Source of the DNA: Minisyncoccota bacterium
GTDB taxonomy: Bacteria; Patescibacteriota; Minisyncoccia; Phycocordibacterales; CAJBRS01
Assembly: GCA_017881075.1 (NCBI GenBank)
Contig: JADGRH010000002.1
Span: forward strand, 21,654 to 85,653
Length of the DNA: 64,000 nucleotides
Reading direction: 5' to 3'
A model generated the notes under the pieces. It had not been told where the DNA came from, searched no databases, and worked only from the letters and a program-made list of their open reading frames with translations. The position numbers and the translations under genes were made by a program. Positions 28,963 to 38,825 of the stretch are shown piece by piece. Each line of letters opens with the position of its first letter. Position 1 is the first letter of the stretch.

Positions 28963-29061
28963 TTAGAGCAGACTAATCAGATAAAAACGGAATCGATTCT
29001 TCCAGATTCGGGCTAGGCTTCGGCGGAATCGTTTTTCTTTTGTTTGATAATCGTAGAACAT
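28963..29061 (-). CDS. possible 32-aa basic peptide between lexA and rarA
   Basis: MFYDYQTKEKRFRRSLARIWKNRFRFYLISLL; stop lies 2 nt before the rarA start. Confidence 0.35.
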   Translation of the reverse strand: MFYDYQTKEKRFRRSLARIWKNRFRFYLISLL

Positions 29062-29092
29062 GATTGTTTGTTAATTAATAAATATTTCACTC

Positions 29093-29166
29093 CTGCCCCA
29101 CTGCCTTTTTAGAGACCGCTCCGGGGCGCTTGCCCAAGTCTTAGTCTCTAAAAAAGCAGCGTGGCA
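29093..29166. repeat. REP-like palindrome, inverted variant of the 78-bp repeat
   Basis: Core 29106-29156 is the reverse complement of the 16818/17391 core; outer arms differ. Confidence 0.8.
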
Positions 29167-29171
29167 TCCGT

Positions 29172-29738
29172 TCAATATTTTCGAATCACTGCTTTAACGA
29201 CCGCTACGATCCTCATATCATATTCCGGATAAATATTGCTGTAATTTTTATTGGCCGGCTGGAGATATGCTTTGCCATTCTTGTATCGCAGATATTTCAT
29301 TGTCCAACCACCGTCGACATCGGCGATGACAATATCTCCTTCCTTTGGATCATTCGTTCGCTTCACCAGTACCAAGTCCCCTTCGGTGATATGAGCGTCT
29401 ATCATAGAATCGCCTTTCACCTCAAGAAGATATGTGGAGTCTTTTTGATCCACCAGATATTCCTCCAAATTCAACGTATCTCCTCTGATTTCCTCCGCCG
29501 TCTCTGGAATACCGGCTTCCACTAAACCGAGAAGTGGAATTTCATCAAATATTTGATTGATGCTGATGCGCCCCTTAACGTCTTTATTCAATACTCCGGC
29601 TTCTACCAATTTGTTGATTAATTTAAAGACAGCGTTCTTTGATCTGAAACCAAAGATTCCCATCATCTCCTTGTAGCCCGGCAATCGGCCATGTTTGTGA
29701 TAGAAACTTACGATCTTATCTCTGTATTCTGTTTTCAT
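29172..29738 (-). CDS. lexA: LexA repressor
   Basis: N-terminal wHTH, VEAG cleavage site, GDSM serine, TMK lysine. Confidence 0.88.
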   Translation of the reverse strand: MKTEYRDKIVSFYHKHGRLPGYKEMMGIFGFRSKNAVFKLINKLVEAGVLNKDVKGRISINQIFDEIPLLGLVEAGIPETAEEIRGDTLNLEEYLVDQKDSTYLLEVKGDSMIDAHITEGDLVLVKRTNDPKEGDIVIADVDGGWTMKYLRYKNGKAYLQPANKNYSNIYPEYDMRIVAVVKAVIRKY

Positions 29739-29747
29739 CGCCTTTCT

Positions 29748-29795
29748 ATTATAGGTGAACTAGGGTTCACCAGTCAAGGGGTGGGGTGTGGATAA
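29748..29795 (-). promoter_or_regulatory. lexA promoter with SOS-box-like palindrome and adjacent DnaA box
   Basis: GGTGAAC-TAGG-GTTCACC (29754-29771) between TTGACT and TATAAT; TGTGGATAA at 29787-29795. Confidence 0.8.
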
Positions 29796-29888
29796 CTAAT
29801 AACTAACTATTCTCTATCAAATATTGACTTTTTTGGGTAAGAGTGATATTGTTTCCCCGGTAATTGAACGAAACGAAAGGACAAATAC

Positions 29889-30746
29889 TTGAAAATTGAA
29901 AAGTTAGGAAACGACCAAAAACTTGGCCTCAAAAACGATGGCACTTTGGAAATTTTTTTCATCGGTGTGGGATCGGCATTCGCCATGAACCACAACCAGA
30001 CGAATCTACTACTAATAAAGGGCGACACCCATATTATGGTGGACTTCGGAATGACTGGTCCGAAAGCGCTCAAAGAAACTGCCCGTCTCGATGTAACCGA
30101 CCTTGAGGTCTTTCTGCCCACTCACTCTCATGCCGACCATGTCGGTGGATTCGAGTGCGCGGGACTTCTAAATCGATATAAAGGCCAGCCGTTCTTGAGA
30201 AGACCGAAGCTGCGCTGCATCATCACTCCTCCGTATCAGGAGATGTTGTGGGATATGAGCCTGCGTGGCGGAATGGAGTGGAACGAGCAGGAACACGATT
30301 CCCAAAAGACTCTGTCATTCCCCGATTTCTTCGTGCCCGTTCGTCCGACTTGGATGGAGCTCCAGCCGCGAGAGATTTACGAGATCGATTTCGAGGGCAT
30401 CCACCTCGAGATGTTTCGGACAAAGCACATTCCAAGCATGGCTTCAAGTTGGCAGAGATCCTTCTTCAGTATTGGTCTCTTCGTCGACAGGCGCATCTTT
30501 ATCTCAATGGATACTCGGTTTGACCCTGATCTCATCGATATGTATGCAGACAGATCGGAAGTGATGTTCCATGATGTTCAGTTTTTCCCAGACACGGTCC
30601 ACGCGCCGCTCGCAGACCTAAAAACTCTGCCGGAAGACATTAAGCGCAAAATGCATCTGATGCACTATGCCGACGACTTCGAGACACAAGACATCACTGG
30701 TTTTGCCGGATGGACGCAACAAGGGGTTCGCTACATCTTTGATTGA
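29889..30746 (+). CDS. MBL-fold metallohydrolase
   Basis: THSHADH, DT, H and HY motifs. Confidence 0.9.
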   Translation: MKIEKLGNDQKLGLKNDGTLEIFFIGVGSAFAMNHNQTNLLLIKGDTHIMVDFGMTGPKALKETARLDVTDLEVFLPTHSHADHVGGFECAGLLNRYKGQPFLRRPKLRCIITPPYQEMLWDMSLRGGMEWNEQEHDSQKTLSFPDFFVPVRPTWMELQPREIYEIDFEGIHLEMFRTKHIPSMASSWQRSFFSIGLFVDRRIFISMDTRFDPDLIDMYADRSEVMFHDVQFFPDTVHAPLADLKTLPEDIKRKMHLMHYADDFETQDITGFAGWTQQGVRYIFD

Positions 30747-30885
30747 ATCTTCTTCCGTTAGTCGCGCAGTGCGGTTAACGGAATTTTATTTGACTTTTTG
30801 TATCAAATATGCTACAATTCCTTGCAGTGTTATTTTAGTGTAGTTCTCAACAATTTACCGCCCTAACGGGCAGAAAGGAGCACGG

Positions 30886-31122
30886 ATGAAAAATTTCGTA
30901 CTAGTCAAGTCAATCCCATATCACTTGGGAGTTCTCAACATTTACGGCACAATCACGGCAGCAGATGCTAATGCAGCGGCATTACAAATCGGAAGCAGGG
31001 TCACAGAGGTTGACACTTCGGTTGAACCACCGCGATTTTATCTTCAAGAAGATGCCGTTCTAGTCCAGTGGTTTCTTCAAGAGGTGCCTCCTCTTACAGC
31101 TCGTCCGCTTGATATGAAATAA
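30886..31122 (+). CDS. hypothetical protein
   Basis: AGGAG RBS, 78 aa, terminator downstream. Confidence 0.65.
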   Translation: MKNFVLVKSIPYHLGVLNIYGTITAADANAAALQIGSRVTEVDTSVEPPRFYLQEDAVLVQWFLQEVPPLTARPLDMK

Positions 31123-31177
31123 CTAACCCATCACCTAGGGCAGAAAATTTACTGCTTCGGTGGTGGGTTTTCTGTTT

Positions 31178-31384
31178 TTATTTATTAGTAGTCACAATAC
31201 CCTTTATAAAATTCAAAAGAAGAAGAAAGTCAGCCCAGATTATTTTGGTGAGGCTCCAAAGGTAAACAAAGAAGTTGTGGACGGACTGCTGATTTAGGAG
31301 ATTGGCAAGGCTGATGCCGAGAAAGTGTAAAATTAAAAGGGCGATGATGATTAGGATGATTAGTTGAATGAAACCTTTATTCAT
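31178..31384 (-). CDS. small membrane protein with prepilin-like N-terminus
   Basis: MNKGFIQLIILIII; coupled to the asnB stop. Confidence 0.65.
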   Translation of the reverse strand: MNKGFIQLIILIIIALLILHFLGISLANLLNQQSVHNFFVYLWSLTKIIWADFLLLLNFIKGIVTTNK

Positions 31385-33215
31385 GTTTGATGAAGACATT
31401 ATACCAAAGAGCCAGCATGTAGAGTAAGTAGATTTTGCGAGCGTTGTCGGTCTTCTGGTTTAAATGGTCTTCGGAAAGTTTTTTAATATATTTCAGGCTA
31501 AAGTGGGTCTTAATAAAGTCGTTGTCCAAAATAACCTCTGTGATCTCTGTCGACATTTTGGAATCTTTCAACCACTCTTTAATAGGGGTTGGAAAACCTA
31601 GTTTTTTGCGTCCTGCCGTTTCTTTGGGCAGGACGCCTTTCATTGCTTCTCTTAAAATATATTTAGTCTGGCCATTTTTATATTTCAATTCTTCCGGAAT
31701 TTTTTGCGAAAGCTTGGCTATCTCAATATCCAGAAATGGTACTCGGAGCTCCAATGAGTTGGCCATAGTCATTTTGTCTGCCTTAGCCAAGATGTCTCCA
31801 GGAAGCCAGGTATTGATATCAATGTATTGCATCTTGGCCGAATCGGGCTCCGTTTGAACTTCTTTATATAGGCTAGCGATATCAAATTTCTCATTGGTGT
31901 GAGCCTTCCAGAGTTGATCAATTTCTTCTGGTTTGAAAACGTAGGCATTACCGATGTATCTTTCTTCCAATTTAGTCAGTGCCCGGCGTAGATAATTTTT
32001 ACCGTAATAATTGAAAGGTAGAGCGACGAGATATTTAAAAATTGATCGAGGTATCCATTTAGTAGAGTCGAGAGCAAATGGCTCACGATAAATGTTGTAG
32101 CCACCGAAAAGCTCATCGGATCCCTCGCCCGAAAGCACCACTTTGACCTGCTTTCGGGCTTCCCTCGCTAAAAAATAAAGAGCCACAGCCGAAGGATCCG
32201 CCACTGGTTCATCAAAGTGCCAGGCAATCTTCGGCATCTCTTTGAAATATTCTTCGGGTGAGATATTAATCTCAACATGCTCTGTGCCGAGGAAATTAGC
32301 CATTACTTTCGCTTCACTCTGCTCGCTGACCTCATCAAATCCAATTGTAAAAGTCTTTAAGTTGTTGCCTGTTTCCTTCCGGATTTTGCTCATCATGGCT
32401 ACGATGACGGCGCTATCAATACCACCAGAGAGAAAGGCTCCGACCGGTACGTCACTCACCATGTGGGCTCGGACGGTGTCTTCTAGGCCGGCGACTATCT
32501 CCCCTTTCAATTTCTCCTCATCTGTAATTCTTTCACTAAAATGGTAACTCCAATATTTTTCTTCTTTAATACTGCCGTCGGAGAGATTTACTCTCATGTA
32601 GTGACCAGGCAGGAGTTTGTAAATATTACGAAACATTGTTTCCCTGAATGGATTGTATTGATAGGAAAGATAGTTAAAGACAGCTCTCTCGTTTATTTCC
32701 GGCTGATAACCGGGATAAAGCAATAAGCTTTTAATTTCTGAAGCGAAAGCCTTTAATTTCCATTCATCAAAAAGATAATAAAGTGGCTTGATGCCGAAAT
32801 AATCACGGGCGATAAAAACTTCATTTTTCTTTTTATCAAAGATGGCAAAGGCAAACATTCCTCGCAGTTTCAGGAGCATTTCCGATCCGTATTCTTCGTA
32901 GAGATGGATGACGGTTTCGGTGTCGCTGTGAGTTTTTAAGGTGTGGCCTCGGGCGATTAATTCTTCACGCAAGCTTTTGTAATTATAGATTTCACCGTTG
33001 TAAACAAGGACCATACTCTTGTCCTCGTTGAAGATAGGCTGATCCCCTGTCGAGAGGTCAATAATGCTTAATCGGCGCATGCCAAGAGATAATTTAGGAT
33101 CATCAAAAAAACCATCAGCATCCGGCCCGCGATGATGAATCCGCTCCGTCATTTCTCTGATCAGTTTCTCTTTATTTGGGGTACTCTCCCCCATTATTCC
33201 GGCAATTCCACACAT
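31377..33215 (-). CDS. asnB: asparagine synthase (glutamine-hydrolysing) family amidotransferase
   Basis: MCGI, HRGPD, RRLSIID, LSGGIDS, SGEGSDE, ELRVPFLD. Confidence 0.95.
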   Translation of the reverse strand: MCGIAGIMGESTPNKEKLIREMTERIHHRGPDADGFFDDPKLSLGMRRLSIIDLSTGDQPIFNEDKSMVLVYNGEIYNYKSLREELIARGHTLKTHSDTETVIHLYEEYGSEMLLKLRGMFAFAIFDKKKNEVFIARDYFGIKPLYYLFDEWKLKAFASEIKSLLLYPGYQPEINERAVFNYLSYQYNPFRETMFRNIYKLLPGHYMRVNLSDGSIKEEKYWSYHFSERITDEEKLKGEIVAGLEDTVRAHMVSDVPVGAFLSGGIDSAVIVAMMSKIRKETGNNLKTFTIGFDEVSEQSEAKVMANFLGTEHVEINISPEEYFKEMPKIAWHFDEPVADPSAVALYFLAREARKQVKVVLSGEGSDELFGGYNIYREPFALDSTKWIPRSIFKYLVALPFNYYGKNYLRRALTKLEERYIGNAYVFKPEEIDQLWKAHTNEKFDIASLYKEVQTEPDSAKMQYIDINTWLPGDILAKADKMTMANSLELRVPFLDIEIAKLSQKIPEELKYKNGQTKYILREAMKGVLPKETAGRKKLGFPTPIKEWLKDSKMSTEITEVILDNDFIKTHFSLKYIKKLSEDHLNQKTDNARKIYLLYMLALWYNVFIKHE

Positions 33216-33252
33216 GAGAATATTATAAACTATATTGTCTCGATATCACTGA

Positions 33253-33321
33253 TGGACGTGACGGGAATCGAACCCGTTCACTCCGAATGGTAGGTTCGGA
33301 GCGCTATCCAATAGCACGCCC
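33253..33321 (-). ncRNA. tRNA-shaped RNA, copy 2
   Basis: Same fold as copy 1; stem CGCTCCGAA/TTCGGAGTG, loop CCTACCA. Confidence 0.8.
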
Positions 33322-33397
33322 ATGATGTGAATTACCGTTCCACATCGACATAAATAATACATACAGCTAATAAAATAGATTGAAATAAAAGTTAAAT

Positions 33398-33447
33398 TAA
33401 AAATAAAAACCGCATTTCTGCGGTTTTACTAGCTCCGAACCTACCAC
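33398..33447 (-). ncRNA. short leader/antisense RNA plus terminator, copy 2
   Basis: GTGGTAGGTTCGGAGC, then AAAACCGCA/TGCGGTTTT hairpin; complementary to 33288-33302. Confidence 0.7.
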
Positions 33448-33453
33448 AACATA

Positions 33454-33481
33454 ATTATATTTCTTTACTTTATTTTGTCAA
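33454..33481 (-). promoter_or_regulatory. consensus sigma70 promoter
   Basis: TTGACA-16 nt-TATAAT. Confidence 0.85.
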
Positions 33482-33728
33482 AGCTTTTTATTTAAAAATT
33501 CTACGTCGAAAGTCTGCTGATTTCGACGCGATTTTTACGCTTAAAAATCGGCTGGGGGTCTGGTACGATGTTGGAACCTTTTTGACGAGTTTTACCCCCT
33601 AAGACCTTAAGATTCAATCCCTACCCACGGAGTAATTTATTTGACTTTCTAAGTATAGTATGGTAATGTTATCTTGAAACATTCCAATTGCAGGTAGCAA
33701 AAAACTTGCATAACCCGAGGACATTTAC

Positions 33729-34103
33729 ATGACCAAGAAAGTTCTTAAATTGCTGATTCTCGTCTCTATAGTGACTGTTGCCTTCATTGGCGGCCGTCTC
33801 ACCACTCCTCAGCCTCAAGTCGCTGACAATGCTGTGTATGAAAAAGCATGGCATTGGTGTGATGAACAAGCATTCAAGGGGCACGACGTAGCCTTCTTTG
33901 AACTTGCAAAGAAACAGATTCGAGCTCGCCAGATTCGCTGGAGCATCAACGATTCATCAGGGCTTCATTACAGCCTTCTCGTCTTGTTCGCCAAAAGCTA
34001 CGATGAGATGGTCGAGAGAGAATCCGTGACCCCCGAGGAGTTCGTTAAGCAAATAGCACCTGTTCTGAAGGAGTTAGCCAAGGCTCCTCGACCCTCAACT
34101 TGA
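33729..34103 (+). CDS. exported/membrane-anchored hypothetical protein (cassette)
   Basis: Signal-like N-terminus, GAGG RBS, own terminator. Confidence 0.75.
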   Translation: MTKKVLKLLILVSIVTVAFIGGRLTTPQPQVADNAVYEKAWHWCDEQAFKGHDVAFFELAKKQIRARQIRWSINDSSGLHYSLLVLFAKSYDEMVERESVTPEEFVKQIAPVLKELAKAPRPST

Positions 34104-34300
34104 CCGCTTCAGTGCGAGACAAAAGCCAAACTGTCTTACGATGGGGCGGCTTTTTATTTAAATTCCTCGCTGTGGGTCTGGCCCGCCTGCCTAGCTACCG
34201 CAGGTGCGGGCAGGTACGATGTTGGAACTTTTATTACCCACTTTCATGCTATTGACAAAATTACCACAATAAGGTATTATTCAGATAGGAAAGGACAAAT

Positions 34301-34495
34301 ATGAAAGAAGGTATTCTACTTCTCTTCCCCGTTCTCGGGCTGATTCCGCTTGTAGCCATGCTACTCTGGATCAAAAAGAAACAGGGTAAGGGACTGATGA
34401 TTCTCCTTAGCATCTTGATCTTTGCTGCCATTGTTTGGGCGTGTGTTCATTACCAAATCCGAATTTACGATAACGGCGGCTTGGGACTTTACTAA
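34301..34495 (+). CDS. two-TM small protein (cassette)
   Basis: TTGACA-17-TATTAT promoter, AGGA RBS, terminator. Confidence 0.75.
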   Translation: MKEGILLLFPVLGLIPLVAMLLWIKKKQGKGLMILLSILIFAAIVWACVHYQIRIYDNGGLGLY

Positions 34496-34639
34496 GCGAG
34501 ATTCATTCCAACACGAGACGAGCTCTGACCACACAAGTCATCTCGTTTTTTATTTAAAATTCCTACGTCGAAAGTCTGCTGATTTCGACGCGATTTTTAG
34601 GCTTAAAAATCGGCTGGGGGTCTGGTACGACGTTGGAAC

Positions 34640-35482
34640 CTATTTGACTGTAAAAATATCACTCACTAGCGAGGAATTATCAGAGAAATTTATATCTAAA
34701 TGATAAGCTCCAGGAGAAATACTCGTTGGAACCATCCAAACATAGGATTCCCCATGTACTCCAGCAGCAATTTTTGTTGGAATAGTGTCATGAAAATTGT
34801 CTTTAGGTTCAGCCTTCAGAAATATATCCGCGGTGTAATTATCTTCGGATGGCTTAGCCAACCATTTTAAAGTATAAGTTTGACCTCTAATAAATTCCGC
34901 TGCTACTTCAGGAAAAACAAATCTAGGATATGGAAAAAGTACTTCGTTAAGAGATACTTCTCCAACATACGGTAAAGTCAATTTTGAAACTAAATTGCCC
35001 TTAAGATCGTACCCTTGAATGTCTACTTTTGATACATGGATACCAACGGCAGATTCTAAAGCATTCCAATACCAGGATTGAGTTCCATCAAGCGCTGTGG
35101 CTTGCAGTTGTGCTGATCCTAATTGTTGAGATTGAGTTATCCCTGTTCCGGTTGGCCAACCATATATCTTTACACTCGCTAACCCTTTTCCATATATAAA
35201 CAGTTCAGGTTTACTTATTGTAAACTTTAAGAGAAAAGGTGTCACAGACACTGAAACGGTAGTAGTTGCAAAAGAATTAACTTGGGAATTGGTAGACGAG
35301 TTGTTTGAAGTAGATATTGTATTAAGCTGATCAGTAAATGTGGTTGAAGCTGTTAAAGAGACGCCATTATTTACTTGAGCACTTTTATTATGAATGTAAA
35401 TGTAAATTCCTCCGCCAATCGCCAAAGCAACAATAATGATAATCAAAAAAGGAACAACAAATCCTTTTTGGATATTTTTCAT
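34640..35482 (-). CDS. surface protein with prepilin-like leader and Ser/Thr-rich linker (cassette)
   Basis: MKNIQKGF plus hydrophobic helix; stop codon abuts the site at 34613-34639. Confidence 0.8.
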   Translation of the reverse strand: MKNIQKGFVVPFLIIIIVALAIGGGIYIYIHNKSAQVNNGVSLTASTTFTDQLNTISTSNNSSTNSQVNSFATTTVSVSVTPFLLKFTISKPELFIYGKGLASVKIYGWPTGTGITQSQQLGSAQLQATALDGTQSWYWNALESAVGIHVSKVDIQGYDLKGNLVSKLTLPYVGEVSLNEVLFPYPRFVFPEVAAEFIRGQTYTLKWLAKPSEDNYTADIFLKAEPKDNFHDTIPTKIAAGVHGESYVWMVPTSISPGAYHLDINFSDNSSLVSDIFTVK

Positions 35483-35710
35483 AATTAAAATGATATCACG
35501 AAATTAGCATTTTCTCGCTGGGGGTTTGGCCCGCCTGCCTAGCTACCGCAGGTGCGGACAGGTACGATACTCCCTGTTTGTTCAAGAGGCCTTGCGATTG
35601 ACTACAAACAGCAGTCCCCGTAGGGGGTTGGAACTTTTTTGATGAGTTTTGGTACTTGACATAATACAGATATGTCATAAAGTCATATCAGAAATCAACT
35701 GGAAATACTT

Positions 35711-35947
35711 ATGGCACTAGCAACTACTCAAGGAAAAGAATTCGCCCTGAAAGCTCTTGGGGAAAGACGAGATCGTAACAAAACACGAGAACGAATCGAC
35801 AATACGGCATTACTCGCGGGTAGAGAAATGCATTTTGACTGCCTCGGCTGTGGGGATGACCTCATTGTCCCCGAAAATTATCTCAGGCGACCGAATTTAT
35901 GCGTGGAGTGTCAAGCACTCAAAACGTTGGGTTGGCTTGATCAATAA
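35711..35947 (+). CDS. small zinc-finger protein (cassette)
   Basis: CLGC...CVEC. Confidence 0.75.
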   Translation: MALATTQGKEFALKALGERRDRNKTRERIDNTALLAGREMHFDCLGCGDDLIVPENYLRRPNLCVECQALKTLGWLDQ

Positions 35948-36052
35948 GTATCAAGCGTTCCGTTAGCCGTCCTGTTGTGGCGGCATTTTATTTTTCTTGC
36001 TGGGGGTCTGGTACGATGTTGGAACTTTTTTGGGAAATCGCTCAGAAAGTAG

Positions 36053-36430
36053 CTATAAATAGGTTCGGAGTTGTTCAACCGCACTATCAATTAATTCATC
36101 GTCGGGTACCACTTTTTCTAAAGCATCATAGATTGTAACTAGGCACTGAACCGCATCAGTTACCTTATCATTTGGATTCGGACCGAATTTACTTTCCAAG
36201 AAATGAACGACGTTGTTTTTCTCAATCGCTTCTATAATTTCTGTTCTTTCTTTTTCCATGTCCGCCTTCTCTGCAACGGTATGTTCTCCGCCAAGTGTTG
36301 CTCTAGGTGGTGTAGTCTGAAACAAATAGCTTTCCCTTAAGAGGGGCGTGACAAGGTTTCGAAATATTGGAGCACTCTCTGTAGAAGAGGTAACGCCATC
36401 ATTTTCTATTTCTCTTTCACGAAAAGTCAT
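36053..36430 (-). CDS. hypothetical protein (cassette)
   Basis: Single ORF filling the inter-site interval. Confidence 0.72.
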   Translation of the reverse strand: MTFREREIENDGVTSSTESAPIFRNLVTPLLRESYLFQTTPPRATLGGEHTVAEKADMEKERTEIIEAIEKNNVVHFLESKFGPNPNDKVTDAVQCLVTIYDALEKVVPDDELIDSAVEQLRTYL

Positions 36431-36559
36431 AAATTTATAGTAGTAAAACTAGTAAATAAAAGCAAGATGTTTGATGCTGGGGGTCCGGTACGATGTTGGA
36501 ACCTACATGACAGATAGACAAATAAAGCAAGGTGTGGTAAAAGTTATCACAGGTAAAAC

Positions 36560-36799
36560 ATGAGTGACGAAAACAAATGCAGTAATTGTGAGGCGCTCAG
36601 CAAGAGCAATTCGACAAAGCCAGCTGTACCCATGAATGGGACATGCAACGACATCTTGCATGAATGTCCTCTGGACGGACAGAAATGGTGGCAAATGAAT
36701 ACCCACTTTCATCTGTGGCAGAAAGTCAAAGATGACAAGCAATGGGAAGCGTTAAGAGAGGACCTTCGGCGACCGGTACAATCTGGTCACTTCTGGTAG
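36560..36799 (+). CDS. small Cys/His-rich protein (cassette)
   Basis: CSNC, HECP, WWQ; terminator downstream. Confidence 0.7.
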   Translation: MSDENKCSNCEALSKSNSTKPAVPMNGTCNDILHECPLDGQKWWQMNTHFHLWQKVKDDKQWEALREDLRRPVQSGHFW

Positions 36800-36951
36800 G
36801 AAATGAATTTGGAGAGCTCGGATGACAACCCCTGCTCTCTTTTTATTTAAAAATTCCTCGCTGGGGGTCTGGTACGATGTTGGAACCTTTTTAATGAATT
36901 TAAGCCATCAAATACCTAGGTTCGATACCTGCTCACCGAGTTTTGAAATAT

Positions 36952-37311
36952 CTATTCACCATCTCTAATTAAACGCACAAAGTAAGTCATTCCCTTTCCT
37001 ATATTTTGAGCTCTTTTATACCCAATCCCCATTAAAACTATATTAGCCATAACAGGTGGCTTTCCTTGATCTAAAATAACTGACTCCTCTGAAGCCCAGT
37101 AAGCACCTTCTTTAAAACCTTTTGTCTTTAATCTATCCGCCTCAAGAAGTTCCTCTGATGTAGGAAGTCTCCAAGGTTTTTCTCCTTCTGGTAGATTAGT
37201 GTTTAACTCTTCAATTATTCTGATGGCATCATCCCAATTTATACGAGTATCTATATCAATACCCCACTCTGACTTTAAGCTTTCTTGATTTGGAGTTCCT
37301 TCATTTTCCAT
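36952..37311 (-). CDS. DUF1566/Lcl-like domain protein (cassette)
   Basis: NWDDA...WRLPTSEEL...YW...VRLIR pattern. Confidence 0.72.
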   Translation of the reverse strand: MENEGTPNQESLKSEWGIDIDTRINWDDAIRIIEELNTNLPEGEKPWRLPTSEELLEADRLKTKGFKEGAYWASEESVILDQGKPPVMANIVLMGIGYKRAQNIGKGMTYFVRLIRDGE

Positions 37312-37391
37312 ATCTATTTATCATACCAAAAAAGTTCTAATAATTTGCTGGGGGTCTGGTACGATGTTGGAACCTTTGTTAGGATTTAGAC

Positions 37392-37706
37392 ATGGAATTC
37401 TTTCGTGAATCAGAACTAGATAAATTAATAAAAGAGCGAAATTCTAATGGCTGGGTTATGGCTGGATATGAGAAGTTAACAGTAACGAGGTTTCAGCCCG
37501 ATGCCAGATTTTTAGACGTGCCACTTCAGAGTGAAGATGATATAAAGAAAAAATATAAAAATGATGATACAGAAGTAGAACTAGTTTTAGCACCAAATCA
37601 TAAGTTAGAAGAAATTAGAAAAATACTTTCCCCTGAAGAATTTGCCAAAGCCTCTGTTCCTGATAGTGAGAAATCTTATTACGTATTCGTAAAAAAGAAA
37701 AATTGA
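37392..37706 (+). CDS. hypothetical protein (cassette)
   Basis: Fills the interval; stop 2 nt before the next site. Confidence 0.72.
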   Translation: MEFFRESELDKLIKERNSNGWVMAGYEKLTVTRFQPDARFLDVPLQSEDDIKKKYKNDDTEVELVLAPNHKLEEIRKILSPEEFAKASVPDSEKSYYVFVKKKN

Positions 37707-37735
37707 TTGCTGGGGGTCTGGTACGATGTTGGAAC

Positions 37736-38020
37736 CTATTTAGACTCTTTATTCATTTCGTCTCTCTCGAGTGCGTCCCCATCAATTGCGTCCAATAATT
37801 GACCCAACTCAACATTGCTCCAATCTTTATAAACGGATTTTTGCTGATTTTCATTGTCAGCTCCACGACTCCAAGCCTCAATGTCATTTCTTGTTTTTGT
37901 GTATATTTCGGGACTTATCTTCCTTACAGTTGCTAATTGCCTTACTTTTTCCCAAAATTCGTCAGTAGAAATCTCAGCCATATTTTCTATTTCATTTGGA
38001 TCATTTTCTCTTGATTCCAT
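37736..38020 (-). CDS. hypothetical acidic protein (cassette)
   Basis: Stop codon abuts the site at 37709-37735. Confidence 0.72.
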   Translation of the reverse strand: MESRENDPNEIENMAEISTDEFWEKVRQLATVRKISPEIYTKTRNDIEAWSRGADNENQQKSVYKDWSNVELGQLLDAIDGDALERDEMNKESK

Positions 38021-38169
38021 AAGGATAATTTAAGTTATGTTTAATATTTTTATTATACCAGATTCACCCGTCCTATTCTTATCTATTTTTAAATGGCTAA
38101 TCTAAAAGAGATTTTAATGCTTCCTCGCTGGGGGTCTGGTACGACGTTGGAACCTTTTTGACCTGAGTG

Positions 38170-38388
38170 CTATGCCTTACGCCATTGATTTGGCTTTCCC
38201 TTGTTAGTATGCCGAACTCGCTCAACGTCAGGTCGTACGCCCGGAAAAAGCTTTTGAGCTTTAGCTATAGCTTTTGCCTGCGTAGGAGCAACAACGGAAG
38301 CGCGCTTTGAGTGTTCTTGCCTCACAGCATAATCTTTCTCTTCTGATCGTCGTTCTATGTATACATCTCCCTTTCTTAATTTAGTCAT
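38170..38388 (-). CDS. DUF2188-like protein (cassette)
   Basis: YAVR...SKRASVVAPTQAKAIAKA pattern. Confidence 0.7.
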   Translation of the reverse strand: MTKLRKGDVYIERRSEEKDYAVRQEHSKRASVVAPTQAKAIAKAQKLFPGVRPDVERVRHTNKGKPNQWRKA

Positions 38389-38394
38389 AGCGAT

Positions 38395-38751
38395 TTAATT
38401 AATATGATTCGCCTCCGCTTGTTGTTTTGCTAATTCATTAATGGCAATTATGTTTGCGCCAAACCCTGTTCTATAATGTTTACTCCGAGAGCTCCTTTTG
38501 AACAAAAACTTAGTAATTTTCTCTCTACCTACTAACGGTGCAATCTTTTTATCTTTTCTAGGGTCGTCCCACATTGAAACTACTTCCCACCCCACAGCAC
38601 CCAACTCGTTCAGCATTAAGTTAAAATATTCTCTTTTGTGTTCTAAATTCTTGTATTCTTTTGAGTCGTAGTCATGCTCATCAAACTCTTCGTTGCTAGG
38701 ATTGAACATCCCGTGTACTAAGTACTCAAAACTCTGATCTAGAAATTTCAT
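38395..38751 (-). CDS. DUF4177-like protein (cassette)
   Basis: FEY...LNELGAVGWEVVS...FLFKR. Confidence 0.7.
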   Translation of the reverse strand: MKFLDQSFEYLVHGMFNPSNEEFDEHDYDSKEYKNLEHKREYFNLMLNELGAVGWEVVSMWDDPRKDKKIAPLVGREKITKFLFKRSSRSKHYRTGFGANIIAINELAKQQAEANHIN

Positions 38752-38825
38752 AACATTGAGTATACCAAATTCTTTTGACGGATGTCTGGGACAACATTGG
38801 GACCCATTAGAGACATAGAATTTAA

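Noticed and set aside
34422-34703. ORFs translating through sites or REP-like elements (also 35496-35678, 24580-24795, 12992-13174, 13017-13256)
   Set aside because: They are made largely of repeat sequence or overlap better-supported genes.
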